Part shown: positions 1-8,857 of the stretch, in pieces
How the letters are laid out: each line of letters starts with the position of its first letter
Position numbering within the stretch: position 1 is the first letter of the stretch
Assembly: GCF_000025945.1 (NCBI RefSeq)
Contig: NC_006138.1
Span: 2,250,001 to 2,282,000, forward strand
Origin: Desulfotalea psychrophila LSv54
GTDB lineage: Bacteria; Desulfobacterota; Desulfobulbia; Desulfobulbales; Desulfocapsaceae
DNA length: 32,000 nt
Direction: 5' to 3'
Program-made: the position numbers and the translations under genes
The notes under the pieces: generated by a model
Told to the model about the DNA's origin: nothing
What the model saw: the letters and a program-made list of their open reading frames with translations, nothing else
Database searches by the model: none

Positions 1-2
1 AA

Positions 3-350
3 AAGGTTGCCACCAAGACTGGTACAACCAGTGTTGACTTCTTGAAAAAGCACTCTGCCAAGACCAAACTTGTCCTTTTCCCCAACGATAATGCGATGTT
101 TATGGAACTTATGACCGGTGGAGTGGATGCCGTTATGTTTGATAGACCTGTTATTGAATCTTTTGCCAGTAAGCGTGGTCAGGGTCAGGTTACTATTGTA
201 GATACCCTCTATGCCGGTCAGCCCTATGGCATTGGCTTTCCCAAAGGATCTCAATTGGTAGAGAAGGTAAATATAGCTCTCAGAACCCTCAAAGATAGTG
301 GTGAGTATACCAAGATCTATCAGAAGTGGTTTGGTGTAGCTCCCCGCTAA
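3..350 (+). CDS. Amino-acid ABC transporter substrate-binding protein, C-terminal part (5' end truncated by window)
   Basis: Frame is open from position 3 (KVATKTGTTSVDFLKKHS...) through the listed ORF to TAA at 350. 'VATKTGTTS', 'FDRPVIESF' and 'GIGFPKGSQLVEKVNIALRTLKDSGEYTKIYQKWFG' are typical of family 3 solute-binding proteins. Confidence 0.9.
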   Translation, partial: KVATKTGTTSVDFLKKHSAKTKLVLFPNDNAMFMELMTGGVDAVMFDRPVIESFASKRGQGQVTIVDTLYAGQPYGIGFPKGSQLVEKVNIALRTLKDSGEYTKIYQKWFGVAPR

Positions 351-373
351 ACATTTTTTAAACCGACAAGACA

Positions 374-412
374 AGGGACAGGGTGTGAAAAGCATTATGC
401 CCCTTTTTTTTA
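374..412 (+). terminator. Weak hairpin plus T-run between SBP and permease genes; possible attenuator
   Basis: aagggacagggtgtgaaaagcattatgccccttttttttat: short partly wobble stem followed by an 8-T run. Confidence 0.35.
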
Positions 413-433
413 TCTTTTTACAAATGGTTAATT

Positions 434-1102
434 ATGGCCTTTAATTTTGAACCAGCAGTAATTGTCGAATCGATCCCGCTACTACTAGGGGGTGCCAAGC
501 TTACCGTTTATCTCACGGTAGGTGGACTTGTTTTTGGTTTTGTCCTGGGTGTTGTTTTTGGCCTTATGAAGCTCTCCACCTTATGGCCTGTGCGTAAGAT
601 TGCAGGTTTTTATATTGAGACAATACGGGGCACGCCCATGTTGGTGCAGGCCATGTTTTTATACTTTGGTCTGCCCATGGCCTTTGGCTTCCGCCTACCG
701 GCTTTGGCGGCAGGAGTTATTGTTATTGCTATTAATTCCGGCGCCTATATTGCCGAAATAGTCCGCGGAGCAGTACAATCCATAGATTCAGGACAGATGG
801 AGGCGGGACGCTCTATTGGCCTGACCTCCTTGCAGGCCATGCGCTATGTTATTTGGCCGCAGGCCTTTAGAAGGATGATTCCGCCTCTGGGAAATCAGTT
901 TATAATCAGTCTTAAAGATACCTCTCTATTGATGATTATCGGAGTCGGAGAGCTCTTGCGCACGGCAGATGAAATTGTGGCGGTAAATTTCAGAGCCTTT
1001 GAGGTCTATCTCGCCTGCGGACTCATCTACCTGGCCATGACCATGAGCATTGCCAGGGTATTAAAAATTGTTGAAAAACGTCTACAGATACAGGGAAGAT
1101 AA
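434..1102 (+). CDS. Polar amino-acid ABC transporter permease (HisM/GlnP type)
   Basis: 222 aa; 'ETIRGTPMLVQAMFLYFGLP', 'INSGAYIAEIVRGAVQSIDSGQMEAGRSIGLTSLQAMRYVIWPQAFRRMIPPLGNQFI' is the classic EAA-loop signature. Confidence 0.95.
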   Translation: MAFNFEPAVIVESIPLLLGGAKLTVYLTVGGLVFGFVLGVVFGLMKLSTLWPVRKIAGFYIETIRGTPMLVQAMFLYFGLPMAFGFRLPALAAGVIVIAINSGAYIAEIVRGAVQSIDSGQMEAGRSIGLTSLQAMRYVIWPQAFRRMIPPLGNQFIISLKDTSLLMIIGVGELLRTADEIVAVNFRAFEVYLACGLIYLAMTMSIARVLKIVEKRLQIQGR

Positions 1103-1105
1103 GAT

Positions 1106-1837
1106 ATGATTAGTATTCGTAATCTCCATAAATCCTTTGGTGATACAGAGGTCCTAAAAGGTGTTAACATTGAGGTCGCGAAGGGGGAGGTAGTTGTTAT
1201 CATTGGTCCATCCGGCTCCGGGAAATCGACCGTTCTACGCTGTATAAATAAACTTGAAGAGCCCACTAGCGGCACCATTATCGTTGATAACTACGATATC
1301 ATGGATAAATCCACCGATATCAACATGGTTCGCACCGAAGCCACCATGGTATTTCAGCACTTTAATCTCTTCCCCCATATGACGGTATTGGACAATATCA
1401 CCCTTGGTCCCATAAAGGTGCGCGGCACCAGCAAAAAGGAGGCCAATGATCTTGGCCGTAATCTTCTGAAAAAGGTGAACCTTGCCGAGAAGGATAGTGA
1501 TTTTCCCAATCAGCTTTCTGGTGGACAAAAACAGCGGGTTGCCATTGCTAGAGCCCTGGCCCTGCAGCCCAAGGCCATTCTCTTTGACGAGCCCACCTCG
1601 GCTCTTGATCCGGAACTTGTTGGTGAGGTACTTGAGGTAATGAAGACGCTTGCCGCCGAGGGAATGACCATGGTTGTGGTTACCCACGAGATGGGTTTTG
1701 CCCAGGAGGTTGCCGATCGAGTACTCTTTATTGATGAGGGTGTGGTTCAGGTGGATAAACCACCCAAGGAATTTTTTTCTAATCCAGAGCATCCACGTCT
1801 TAAAGATTTTTTGGGCAAAGTTATTACCCACGGCTAG
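1106..1837 (+). CDS. glnQ: Polar amino-acid ABC transporter ATP-binding protein
   Basis: 243 aa; Walker A GPSGSGKST, signature LSGGQKQRVAIARALA, Walker B ILFDEPTSALDPELV, H-loop VTHEMGFA. Confidence 0.93.
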   Translation: MISIRNLHKSFGDTEVLKGVNIEVAKGEVVVIIGPSGSGKSTVLRCINKLEEPTSGTIIVDNYDIMDKSTDINMVRTEATMVFQHFNLFPHMTVLDNITLGPIKVRGTSKKEANDLGRNLLKKVNLAEKDSDFPNQLSGGQKQRVAIARALALQPKAILFDEPTSALDPELVGEVLEVMKTLAAEGMTMVVVTHEMGFAQEVADRVLFIDEGVVQVDKPPKEFFSNPEHPRLKDFLGKVITHG

Positions 1838-1849
1838 ACAGCTGTTGAG

Positions 1850-1876
1850 CAAGAAGAGGTGTATCTCCTCTTCTTG
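1850..1876. terminator. Perfect 10-bp hairpin between convergent operons (putative bidirectional terminator)
   Basis: CAAGAAGAGG-tgtatct-CCTCTTCTTG, lying between the glnQ stop (1837) and the minus-strand cytochrome stop (1926). No strong T-run. Confidence 0.5.
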
Positions 1877-1925
1877 TCTGCCTCTCCTCCCCGCCTCGTT
1901 AAGATTCATCCGGCAATGAGCAAGC

Positions 1926-3581
1926 CTATAAAAGATCAAAAACACTGGTAATGATGAGCACCAGTAGGCTGAGGCCAATAAAAACAAAAGAGAGGCCCAT
2001 GATGCGAAGGAGAACCACCTGCCAGTGGGCGAGTGGTTCTGCCCGTAGAAGGTCAAGTTGACCCGATTGTAACAGACGTTCATATTCAAGCGGTCTCTCT
2101 TCCTGCAACTGTTCAACTGTTATGCGGCCCGTGAAAATAGCATCGTCGATAGGAAAGGTTCCTGGTCGCAGATGAGTATTAAAAAAGTGGACAATAAAAA
2201 TAAAAGCCGTGGCCAGCAGAGCCTCTTCTGAATGAAAGATATGGGCAAAATTAATCACCCAGCCAGGAAAGAAGACCGTCACCTGCATGGGAAGAAGCAG
2301 GACAAGGCCTGATATACCAATGACAAACATACCCCAAAAGACGGCAAAATAATCAAACCTTTCCCAGTATGTCCAACGGTCAAATTTGGGAGGTTCTGAT
2401 CTTAGAAAAAGAAAATATGCAATATGGCGGAAGAAATCTGCCACATCCTTTGGTTGGAGCATTAAACTGTCTACCCCCCACAGCATCCCCCGCTCACCTC
2501 GAATAATTAGTCGGTAAATAAGCAGATATAGGACATAAAAGATAAAGAGTACCAGCAAGACGACTCCCGCAATACGGTGTATCTGGGCCGCGACATCAAA
2601 TCCTATGAGATTCTTATAAATCCACTCTGAAAATGGCGAATTACTAAATTTAAGTGGTAAGCCCGTGGCAGCAAGTGTCAGAAAAGAGAGCACCATAATT
2701 AGATGCATCATCCTCTCTTGGAGGCGAAAACGTATGATAACATTTTCACTTTGGTAGGCGGCTGACGTTGCCTTACACCCCGTTGTTACCATGGTACGCA
2801 TAAACCACAAGAGGGTATGCAGACCAAAGACAATCATTGTGCCCCGGAAAAGCAGTTCCATAAAATGAGTCAGCTTATCGAGAACAGCAGATTCGTTATT
2901 ATCCAGAGAGTAATGATTGAGATAACCGGAAAAGTTTGTGTTTACGTCTGTATGACACTGGGAGCAGGTTTCAACAAGATTGTTTTGGTAAATGGTTGCA
3001 TCGGGATTATCACGGCCAAGGATCGCATGACTTCCATGACAGGATATACAGGTCGCAAACTCTTCACCATCGTGGCCAAGATTATACATCTGTCCATGAT
3101 AGGAGTGTTCAAAACCTTTCACTAGGGCTGGTTTTAATCCTGCCCGGATATTTTTATCTGGATCATTATGACATTGCCGACAGGCTTTTATGCCATTTTG
3201 ACCGTGAAAGGCCTCCTGTGGATCGAGTACCTGATGCTGACTATGGCAGCTGGTACAATCTGGAGCTTCCACATTTCCCGCTCGAAGGGCAAGGTAATGA
3301 CTCGAATTTTGATACTGCGCTAACGCTTCTTTGTGACACTCTCCACAGGATATGCGGCTATCAAATTTTTGATGGGGATAATCTTCATGCCCCTTATAGT
3401 GGCAATCAACGCAAGCAAATTTTGCATGCACACTCTCCATCAGGGTTGTGGGCGATACAGCAATATTCCGACAGCGATGCACAAAAGCACTCTCCTGATG
3501 ACAGGTCAAACAGGTCTCATCTGCCATTGTGGGCAAAACGGTCACAAAAAAAACAAATAGTATCAGCAAGACACGTTTCAT
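1926..3581 (-). CDS. Multiheme c-type cytochrome fused to a cytochrome b561/formate-dehydrogenase-gamma-like membrane domain
   Basis: Seven CxxCH motifs in the N-terminal half (CLTCH, CVDCH, CGECH, CTSCH, CRQCH, CISCH, CSQCH), then a multi-TM b-type cytochrome region. Signal peptide MKRVLLILFVFFVTVLPTMA. The minus strand is verified: ATGAAACGTGTCTTG is the reverse complement of caagacacgtttcat at the 3581 start, and TAG is the reverse complement of 'cta' at 1926-1928. The track's '+' label is wrong. Confidence 0.9.
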   Translation of the reverse strand: MKRVLLILFVFFVTVLPTMADETCLTCHQESAFVHRCRNIAVSPTTLMESVHAKFACVDCHYKGHEDYPHQKFDSRISCGECHKEALAQYQNSSHYLALRAGNVEAPDCTSCHSQHQVLDPQEAFHGQNGIKACRQCHNDPDKNIRAGLKPALVKGFEHSYHGQMYNLGHDGEEFATCISCHGSHAILGRDNPDATIYQNNLVETCSQCHTDVNTNFSGYLNHYSLDNNESAVLDKLTHFMELLFRGTMIVFGLHTLLWFMRTMVTTGCKATSAAYQSENVIIRFRLQERMMHLIMVLSFLTLAATGLPLKFSNSPFSEWIYKNLIGFDVAAQIHRIAGVVLLVLFIFYVLYLLIYRLIIRGERGMLWGVDSLMLQPKDVADFFRHIAYFLFLRSEPPKFDRWTYWERFDYFAVFWGMFVIGISGLVLLLPMQVTVFFPGWVINFAHIFHSEEALLATAFIFIVHFFNTHLRPGTFPIDDAIFTGRITVEQLQEERPLEYERLLQSGQLDLLRAEPLAHWQVVLLRIMGLSFVFIGLSLLVLIITSVFDLL

Positions 3582-3591
3582 GGTAATCCCC

Positions 3592-5049
3592 CTATCGCTC
3601 TGTGATATCTTCACTATAACGTGTAACACCAGTCTTTACAGGATCGCCAGGATAGCCAAGTTTTTGCCAATCAAGCAGGGGCTTTTGCTCTGGATCTTTT
3701 GTGTGACATTCTATACAGCCTACAGCCTGACTTGCCGGAGAAACCATATGATCAATGGGCCAAAACATCCTGGTCTCAATGACGCCTGCCTCACCTGAAA
3801 AGGAGAGACCGGCGGCCTCCATACCCAGAGAGAAGCTCTTTTGCCAATTGAGGCTTTTCCAATAACCGTTCTTGCCAAACAGTTTGGGCACCAGGACAAT
3901 GTTCTGCTTTTTGTCATAAAACTGTTTGCCTCGCATCACTTTAAATGGTGAAATCAGGGCTGTCTTATCTGCAAAACTTCCCTCAAGGGGGTTGAAGACC
4001 AAAATCTTGGTGGTATCTATTTTTTCACCGAGTAAAACATAGTCAGTCTTGCCATTATACCAATAATATTCAGGACGTAATGCCTTGTCCCAACGAAAGT
4101 CACCCTTTTTCCAGCTATAATCTGGATTCTCGTAAGCATCTTTTTTAACTGTTCGTTTTTTGTCTCCTGCCGTTGACCAATCCCACCAAATTTTGGTGGG
4201 GTATTTTTTAGCGTAATAGGGGATATGGCAGGTCTGGCAGGCGACTGTGCTGGTATGCCTATTCAGGGTAGACTTCATACGTTTACTGTGTGCAGCTCTG
4301 CCGTGACAGTCTCGACAGGAGAAATGATTACTGCCTGTTGCCATAGATGCCTGAAGAGCCCCACGAATATCATGCTTATTGGGATCTGCGTGACAATCAA
4401 CACAGACGAGGCGTTTTTCCAGGTCAGGATTATTCATATGAATGTCAATAGCAGGATCGCCCTCAAGGACACTCCTGTCAAGGTCACCAGGTTTTACAGC
4501 ATGGCCGCCACCGCCATAAAAATGACAGGCTCCACAGTTTTGTGAAAGAGGTTTTGTGGCGCTCCGGGCTGATTTAAGTAGGACAACCTTCTTAAAAACT
4601 ACCTTGCCAGCAAAAACTTTCTGCTCTTTCTGGTAAACAGGGTAGCCCGCAGCTGTAGGGAATTTTTTATAGTTCCCCGTGCTGTCATGGCAGGCCAGGC
4701 AATCCATGTCCTCTTCTTTAAAGGCAAAGGAACCATCACTCCAACCATAACCTACGTGGCAACTTGTACAGCGAGGCTCATTAGAGATAATGTTGATACA
4801 AAAATTATTAAGTAGATTTTTCTTACCTAGTCTCTGTTTTTTCCCATGGAATTCTACCTCTTCGCCCTGCCACCTATAATGGCGAGAATGCCAGAGATCT
4901 GTTGCCTGTGTTTGATGACAGCCTATGCATACGCGGGTAACATCCTGAGGAGAGGCAAATGGGTCCATAATAGACTGATGTTCAGGGATTGCAGCCCAGC
5001 TTGGACAGGCAAGAAAGAGGAGAGAAAAACAAAATATAAATTTCTTCAT
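3592..5049 (-). CDS. Octaheme c-type cytochrome, tetrathionate reductase (OTR) family-like
   Basis: Eight CxxCH motifs (CIGCH, CTSCH, CLACH, CGACH, CVDCH, CRDCH, CQTCH, CIECH). 'CLACHDSTGNYKKFPTAAGYPVY' matches my recollection of the OTR family signature. Signal peptide MKKFIFCFSLLFLACPSWA supports a start at 5049 rather than 5094. Confidence 0.85.
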   Translation of the reverse strand: MKKFIFCFSLLFLACPSWAAIPEHQSIMDPFASPQDVTRVCIGCHQTQATDLWHSRHYRWQGEEVEFHGKKQRLGKKNLLNNFCINIISNEPRCTSCHVGYGWSDGSFAFKEEDMDCLACHDSTGNYKKFPTAAGYPVYQKEQKVFAGKVVFKKVVLLKSARSATKPLSQNCGACHFYGGGGHAVKPGDLDRSVLEGDPAIDIHMNNPDLEKRLVCVDCHADPNKHDIRGALQASMATGSNHFSCRDCHGRAAHSKRMKSTLNRHTSTVACQTCHIPYYAKKYPTKIWWDWSTAGDKKRTVKKDAYENPDYSWKKGDFRWDKALRPEYYWYNGKTDYVLLGEKIDTTKILVFNPLEGSFADKTALISPFKVMRGKQFYDKKQNIVLVPKLFGKNGYWKSLNWQKSFSLGMEAAGLSFSGEAGVIETRMFWPIDHMVSPASQAVGCIECHTKDPEQKPLLDWQKLGYPGDPVKTGVTRYSEDITER

Positions 5050-5441
5050 GTGATAGTTCTCAACGGCGAAATTTAATGAGAGTGGAAGAGGCAATAAGGA
5101 GAACGAATCTCATCTGCCATGATTTTAACGTCATAAAACACCTGAGATAAGCCTAGCATATCAAAAAGAGTTCTGTCTACTTTCTGTCAATATTATCCTC
5201 TGCTTAGGCTTCTGATACCCCCTTAAATGTGAATCTCTCCTAAGCACCGGCCCCAATGCCTCCTGCTCATCCAGAGGTGGCCGGAGAGAGGACAAAGACC
5301 TTGCTCTTGTTGTCAATTCGGATAAAATTTTCGAGAAGTTGCCTGAGCAATATGGTATTGACACTTTAAGGTCTCATTTTAAAGAAGAGGCCAGCCTTTT
5401 CCCATAAAGAGATTGATTTTTAAAACGGAGCACCGCCCTGC

Positions 5442-7904
5442 ATGAGCAAGAAAAACCCCCAACTAGAACTTGCCAATGAGTTTGTTGAATATACAGATTG
5501 TACCATCTTCCTTACTGGTCGAGCAGGCACTGGAAAGACTACCTTCTTAAAAAATTTGGCAAAAACATCCGCAAAACGGCTCATTATTGTCGCTCCCACC
5601 GGGGTTGCGGCAATCAACGCCGGCGGGGTAACCATGCACTCCTTCTTCCAACTCTCCTTTGCCCCCTTTGTTCCGGGCGGCTCTGCTCAGAGTCAGAATA
5701 TGAAATATCGTTTCAGTAAAGAAAAGATCAATATTATCAAAAGCCTTGACCTACTTATCATCGATGAGATCAGTATGGTTCGGGCCGACGTGCTCGACGC
5801 CATTGACGCGGTTCTGAGAAGATACAGGCAAAGCGAGGCCCCCTTTGGTGGTGTCCAACTGCTTATGATAGGTGATCTGCAACAGCTCTCCCCTGTTATC
5901 ACCAAGAATGATCAGAGCATCTTGGGAGAGCATTATAAAACGCCCTATTTCTTTGGCAGCTACGCCCTGCAGAAAACCAAACTTGCCTACATAGAGTTGC
6001 AACAGATCTATCGTCAGTCAGATATCTCCTTTATCAATCTGCTTAATAAGATACGTGAAAACTCAATTACAGAGGCCGAGCTGGCCGAACTCAATAAACG
6101 CTATAATCCTGAAATACTGGAAGAAGGCCATGAGGACTATATCACCCTCTGTACCCATAATTATCGAGCCGATGCAATAAACAGTAATAAACTTGTGGGA
6201 CTCTCGGCTAAGACATACTCATTTGCAGCAGAGATAAAAGATGATTTCCCGGAACAGGCCTACCCTGCCTCTCTCTCTCTGGAGCTTAAACCCGGTGCTC
6301 AGGTAATGTTTCTTCGTAATGACATCTCTGTTGACAGGCTCTTCTTTAACGGGAAGATAGGTAGGGTTATCGATATTGATGAGGACGGTATTAATGTCCT
6401 CTGCCCGGGAGAGAGGACACCCGTCACCGTTAAACCTGTCGTTTGGGAACATATGGAGTATAAATTGGATGCTGAAAGTGGGGAGATCGAGGAAAAAAAA
6501 CTCGGTACCTTCTCTCAATATCCACTCAAACTTGCCTGGGCAATTACCATCCATAAGAGTCAAGGACTCTCCTTTGATCGAGTCATCGTTGATGGAGAGG
6601 CTGCCTTTGCCCCCGGACAGATCTATGTGGCCCTTAGTCGATGTCGTAGCCTGGAGGGACTTGTCCTCTGCTCTACCCTGCGCAGATCAGCCATGCAAAC
6701 CGATAGAACCGTGTTACAATTTATTGAGCAGAGCGAAAAATCATTTGACCCTCTTATAAGGCTCAAACAGGAAAAAATCCTCTATCAACAAAAATTGATC
6801 CTCGTCTGCTATCACTTTGAACAGCTGGCCGGAAAATTAAGAAGAGTTACCTTTCTTCTCACCAGTAATCGCTATATCGTCCAGATTTCAGGAATGAAAG
6901 ATGTGGAAGCCTTTGAGACAGGGGTGACGGATGAAATATGCGCTGTTGGTGGCAACTTTCAACGGCAGTTAATAGATATATTTAAAGAGGATATCCTGCC
7001 CACAGACAATGATCATATCATGGAGAGATGCTGTAAGGCTGCAGGCTATTTTTGTAAGAAAATAGATGAGCTGTTGATCAAGCCGCTTGAACTACTACGG
7101 ATAGAAAGCGATAACAGTGAGATAAACAAAAAAATTGCAATTGCGCAGACAGCTCTGCTCACCGAGGCCCTGGTTAAAAAAGCGGGTATTGCCTCAGGGA
7201 AAACAGGCTTTTCTCCTCGAGCATACCTTCGCGCCATCTCCCAAGTAGAAATTGAACAGAAGGGAAGAGGTAAAAAAAGAGAGGCGAAGATACCGGCATA
7301 CTCCGAGGAGGATATTGCCCATCCAAAACTCTTTGCCAGCCTACGAAAATGGCGGACAGTCAAGGCCAAAGAGGAAAAAATACCGGCATTCCAGGTGCTG
7401 CATCAGAGTGCAATGGTACAGATAACGGTGTCACTGCCAAAGAGTGATAAGGAGCTTCTCAAACTCAAGGGCGTCGGTCCTCGCACGGTAGAAAAGTATG
7501 GTGAAGAACTTTTAAGCCTTGTCCGGGAATACTGCGGCATAAATGATATACAGCAGATGTCATTGCCTGAGCCCAAACGGGAGGTTGCGAGTAAGGTAAA
7601 GGCCAGTCGGGGCAATACCAAGGAGATAAGCCTTAACCTCTTCAACGAGGGGAAAGCTATTGTGGAAATTGCCCAACTCAGGGATCTCTCAGCGGCCACC
7701 ATCGAGACCCATCTTGCCTTTTGGGTTAAAGAGGGAAAGATGAGTATCGCCAGACTTGTCAGTAAAGAGAGGCAGCAAGAGATAGAGGTTGTCCTTCTTA
7801 AATCGGCCGATTTGCAACTGGGAGAGATTAAGGAGCAGCTTGGTAAGGCCTGTAGTTATGGAGACATAAAATTCACCCAGGCCCATTTGCAAAGAGAGAA
7901 ATAA
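5442..7904 (+). CDS. PIF1/RecD-like SF1 helicase with C-terminal HRDC-like and helix-turn-helix segments
   Basis: 820 aa; Walker A GRAGTGKTTFL, Walker B LLIIDEISMV, UvrD_C_2-like 'WAITIHKSQGLSFDRVIVD...VALSRCRSLEGL'. HRDC-like 'ELLKLKGVGPRTVEKYGEELLSLVREY'. HTH_40-like 'TKEISLNLFNEGKAIVEIAQLRDLSAATIETHLAFWVKEGK'. Confidence 0.88.
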   Translation: MSKKNPQLELANEFVEYTDCTIFLTGRAGTGKTTFLKNLAKTSAKRLIIVAPTGVAAINAGGVTMHSFFQLSFAPFVPGGSAQSQNMKYRFSKEKINIIKSLDLLIIDEISMVRADVLDAIDAVLRRYRQSEAPFGGVQLLMIGDLQQLSPVITKNDQSILGEHYKTPYFFGSYALQKTKLAYIELQQIYRQSDISFINLLNKIRENSITEAELAELNKRYNPEILEEGHEDYITLCTHNYRADAINSNKLVGLSAKTYSFAAEIKDDFPEQAYPASLSLELKPGAQVMFLRNDISVDRLFFNGKIGRVIDIDEDGINVLCPGERTPVTVKPVVWEHMEYKLDAESGEIEEKKLGTFSQYPLKLAWAITIHKSQGLSFDRVIVDGEAAFAPGQIYVALSRCRSLEGLVLCSTLRRSAMQTDRTVLQFIEQSEKSFDPLIRLKQEKILYQQKLILVCYHFEQLAGKLRRVTFLLTSNRYIVQISGMKDVEAFETGVTDEICAVGGNFQRQLIDIFKEDILPTDNDHIMERCCKAAGYFCKKIDELLIKPLELLRIESDNSEINKKIAIAQTALLTEALVKKAGIASGKTGFSPRAYLRAISQVEIEQKGRGKKREAKIPAYSEEDIAHPKLFASLRKWRTVKAKEEKIPAFQVLHQSAMVQITVSLPKSDKELLKLKGVGPRTVEKYGEELLSLVREYCGINDIQQMSLPEPKREVASKVKASRGNTKEISLNLFNEGKAIVEIAQLRDLSAATIETHLAFWVKEGKMSIARLVSKERQQEIEVVLLKSADLQLGEIKEQLGKACSYGDIKFTQAHLQREK

Positions 7905-8155
7905 AAGAAGGTGTCCCCAGTCCCCTTCCCTTTTGCTGAGTTTTCCTTGAAAAAAACGTAAAAAAAAGATGTTAGCAGAGTTAAATTCTAATTGTGTCAA
8001 TGATATTTAAAAGTGTTATGCTTTTAAACTAATAATAAGTCAGGATTTACCCCTTCGGTATGCTTATTTCTTTCAGAGATTTTTTATCTGAAGAAGAGAA
8101 GGCTTCATAGACCTGGCATCAGCGTTTGAGTTATTTATCGACAGGTGAGCAAACA

Positions 8156-8812
8156 ATGTATGAAAAAGAACTTTTTAAAAAAGAGATCTTAAATTTTCTC
8201 AAAGAAAACAGTACAGCCTATCTAAAAAATCAACTTCAACTGAAAGAGCGGGTTTTTTTAACCTCCACGATCGGGGTAACAGAGGGTGGATCTTCTGAAC
8301 CAGATGGGTATGCGGTGAATGAAGATATTTTTCAGAAAAAAACAGCTATCCTTGCCGACAAGATATTCTTCTATGAAGATTTATTTAAGGATTTTATTAC
8401 GGCATATCGGTTATTTCAAGATCTTCCCCAAGAGGTACGCATATCTCTCCAGCCTCTTTTGAACGATAGCTCCCTCAACACATTTATTATGAGCAGTGCC
8501 CAGATGCCGACCATCGAAAACATCTGGAATTATATTAAGTATGAGATAATTGAAGAACAGCATAGAGAGGAGAAAAATTTGCATCTTGAACAGATAAAAA
8601 ATATTTTTGATCTGTTATTTTCTCAATATGTTTGTTATGACTCAAATTATTCTCGCCTTACCACTAAAAAGGGTGAAGTGTTTGACCCGGATATTCATAT
8701 ACGAGTCTTATCTGGGCGGGTGAGTGGCAGGGTTGACCGGGTTTTGTTTCAAGGTTATGAAAACAAAAAAACCGGTCTTATCATAAAAAAAAGCATTGTT
8801 GAGAATATTTAA
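8156..8812 (+). CDS. Uncharacterised protein with a GrpE-like C-terminal segment (putative divergent nucleotide-exchange factor)
   Basis: ATG at 8156 preceded by AGGTGAG. The C-terminus 'KKGEVFDPDIHIRVLSGRVSGRVDRVLFQGYENKKTGLIIKKSIVENI' resembles the GrpE beta-domain pattern (FDPNxHEAV...GTVxxVLQxGYxxxxRxxRPAxV). It sits immediately upstream of an Hsp70-like gene. CDS call is high confidence; GrpE-like assignment about 0.6. Confidence 0.7.
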   Translation: MYEKELFKKEILNFLKENSTAYLKNQLQLKERVFLTSTIGVTEGGSSEPDGYAVNEDIFQKKTAILADKIFFYEDLFKDFITAYRLFQDLPQEVRISLQPLLNDSSLNTFIMSSAQMPTIENIWNYIKYEIIEEQHREEKNLHLEQIKNIFDLLFSQYVCYDSNYSRLTTKKGEVFDPDIHIRVLSGRVSGRVDRVLFQGYENKKTGLIIKKSIVENI

Positions 8813-8857
8813 TATTTTTGCCTTGGAACTCCGGACAAGAAAACACCTACGAATAAA

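Noticed and set aside
1235-2116. Minus-strand 293-aa ORF opposite glnQ
   Set aside because: Antisense to a clear ABC ATPase and to the cytochrome gene 3' end; TTG start and no recognisable domain.
2936-3586. Forward ORFs over the multiheme cytochrome genes (2817..3125, 2936..3586, 3333..3560, 3529..3798, 4225..4545)
   Set aside because: These are shadow frames of the minus-strand CxxCH-containing genes, with no plausible protein features.
5161-5364. Minus-strand 67-aa ORF between the octaheme gene and the helicase
   Set aside because: GTG start, no SD or domain; the complementary forward frame (5216-5407) looks more protein-like.
7905-8155. Possible small RNA or terminator between the helicase and the GrpE-like gene
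   Set aside because: Only short imperfect stems (for example GAAGG/CCTTC) were found; not enough support to call a feature.
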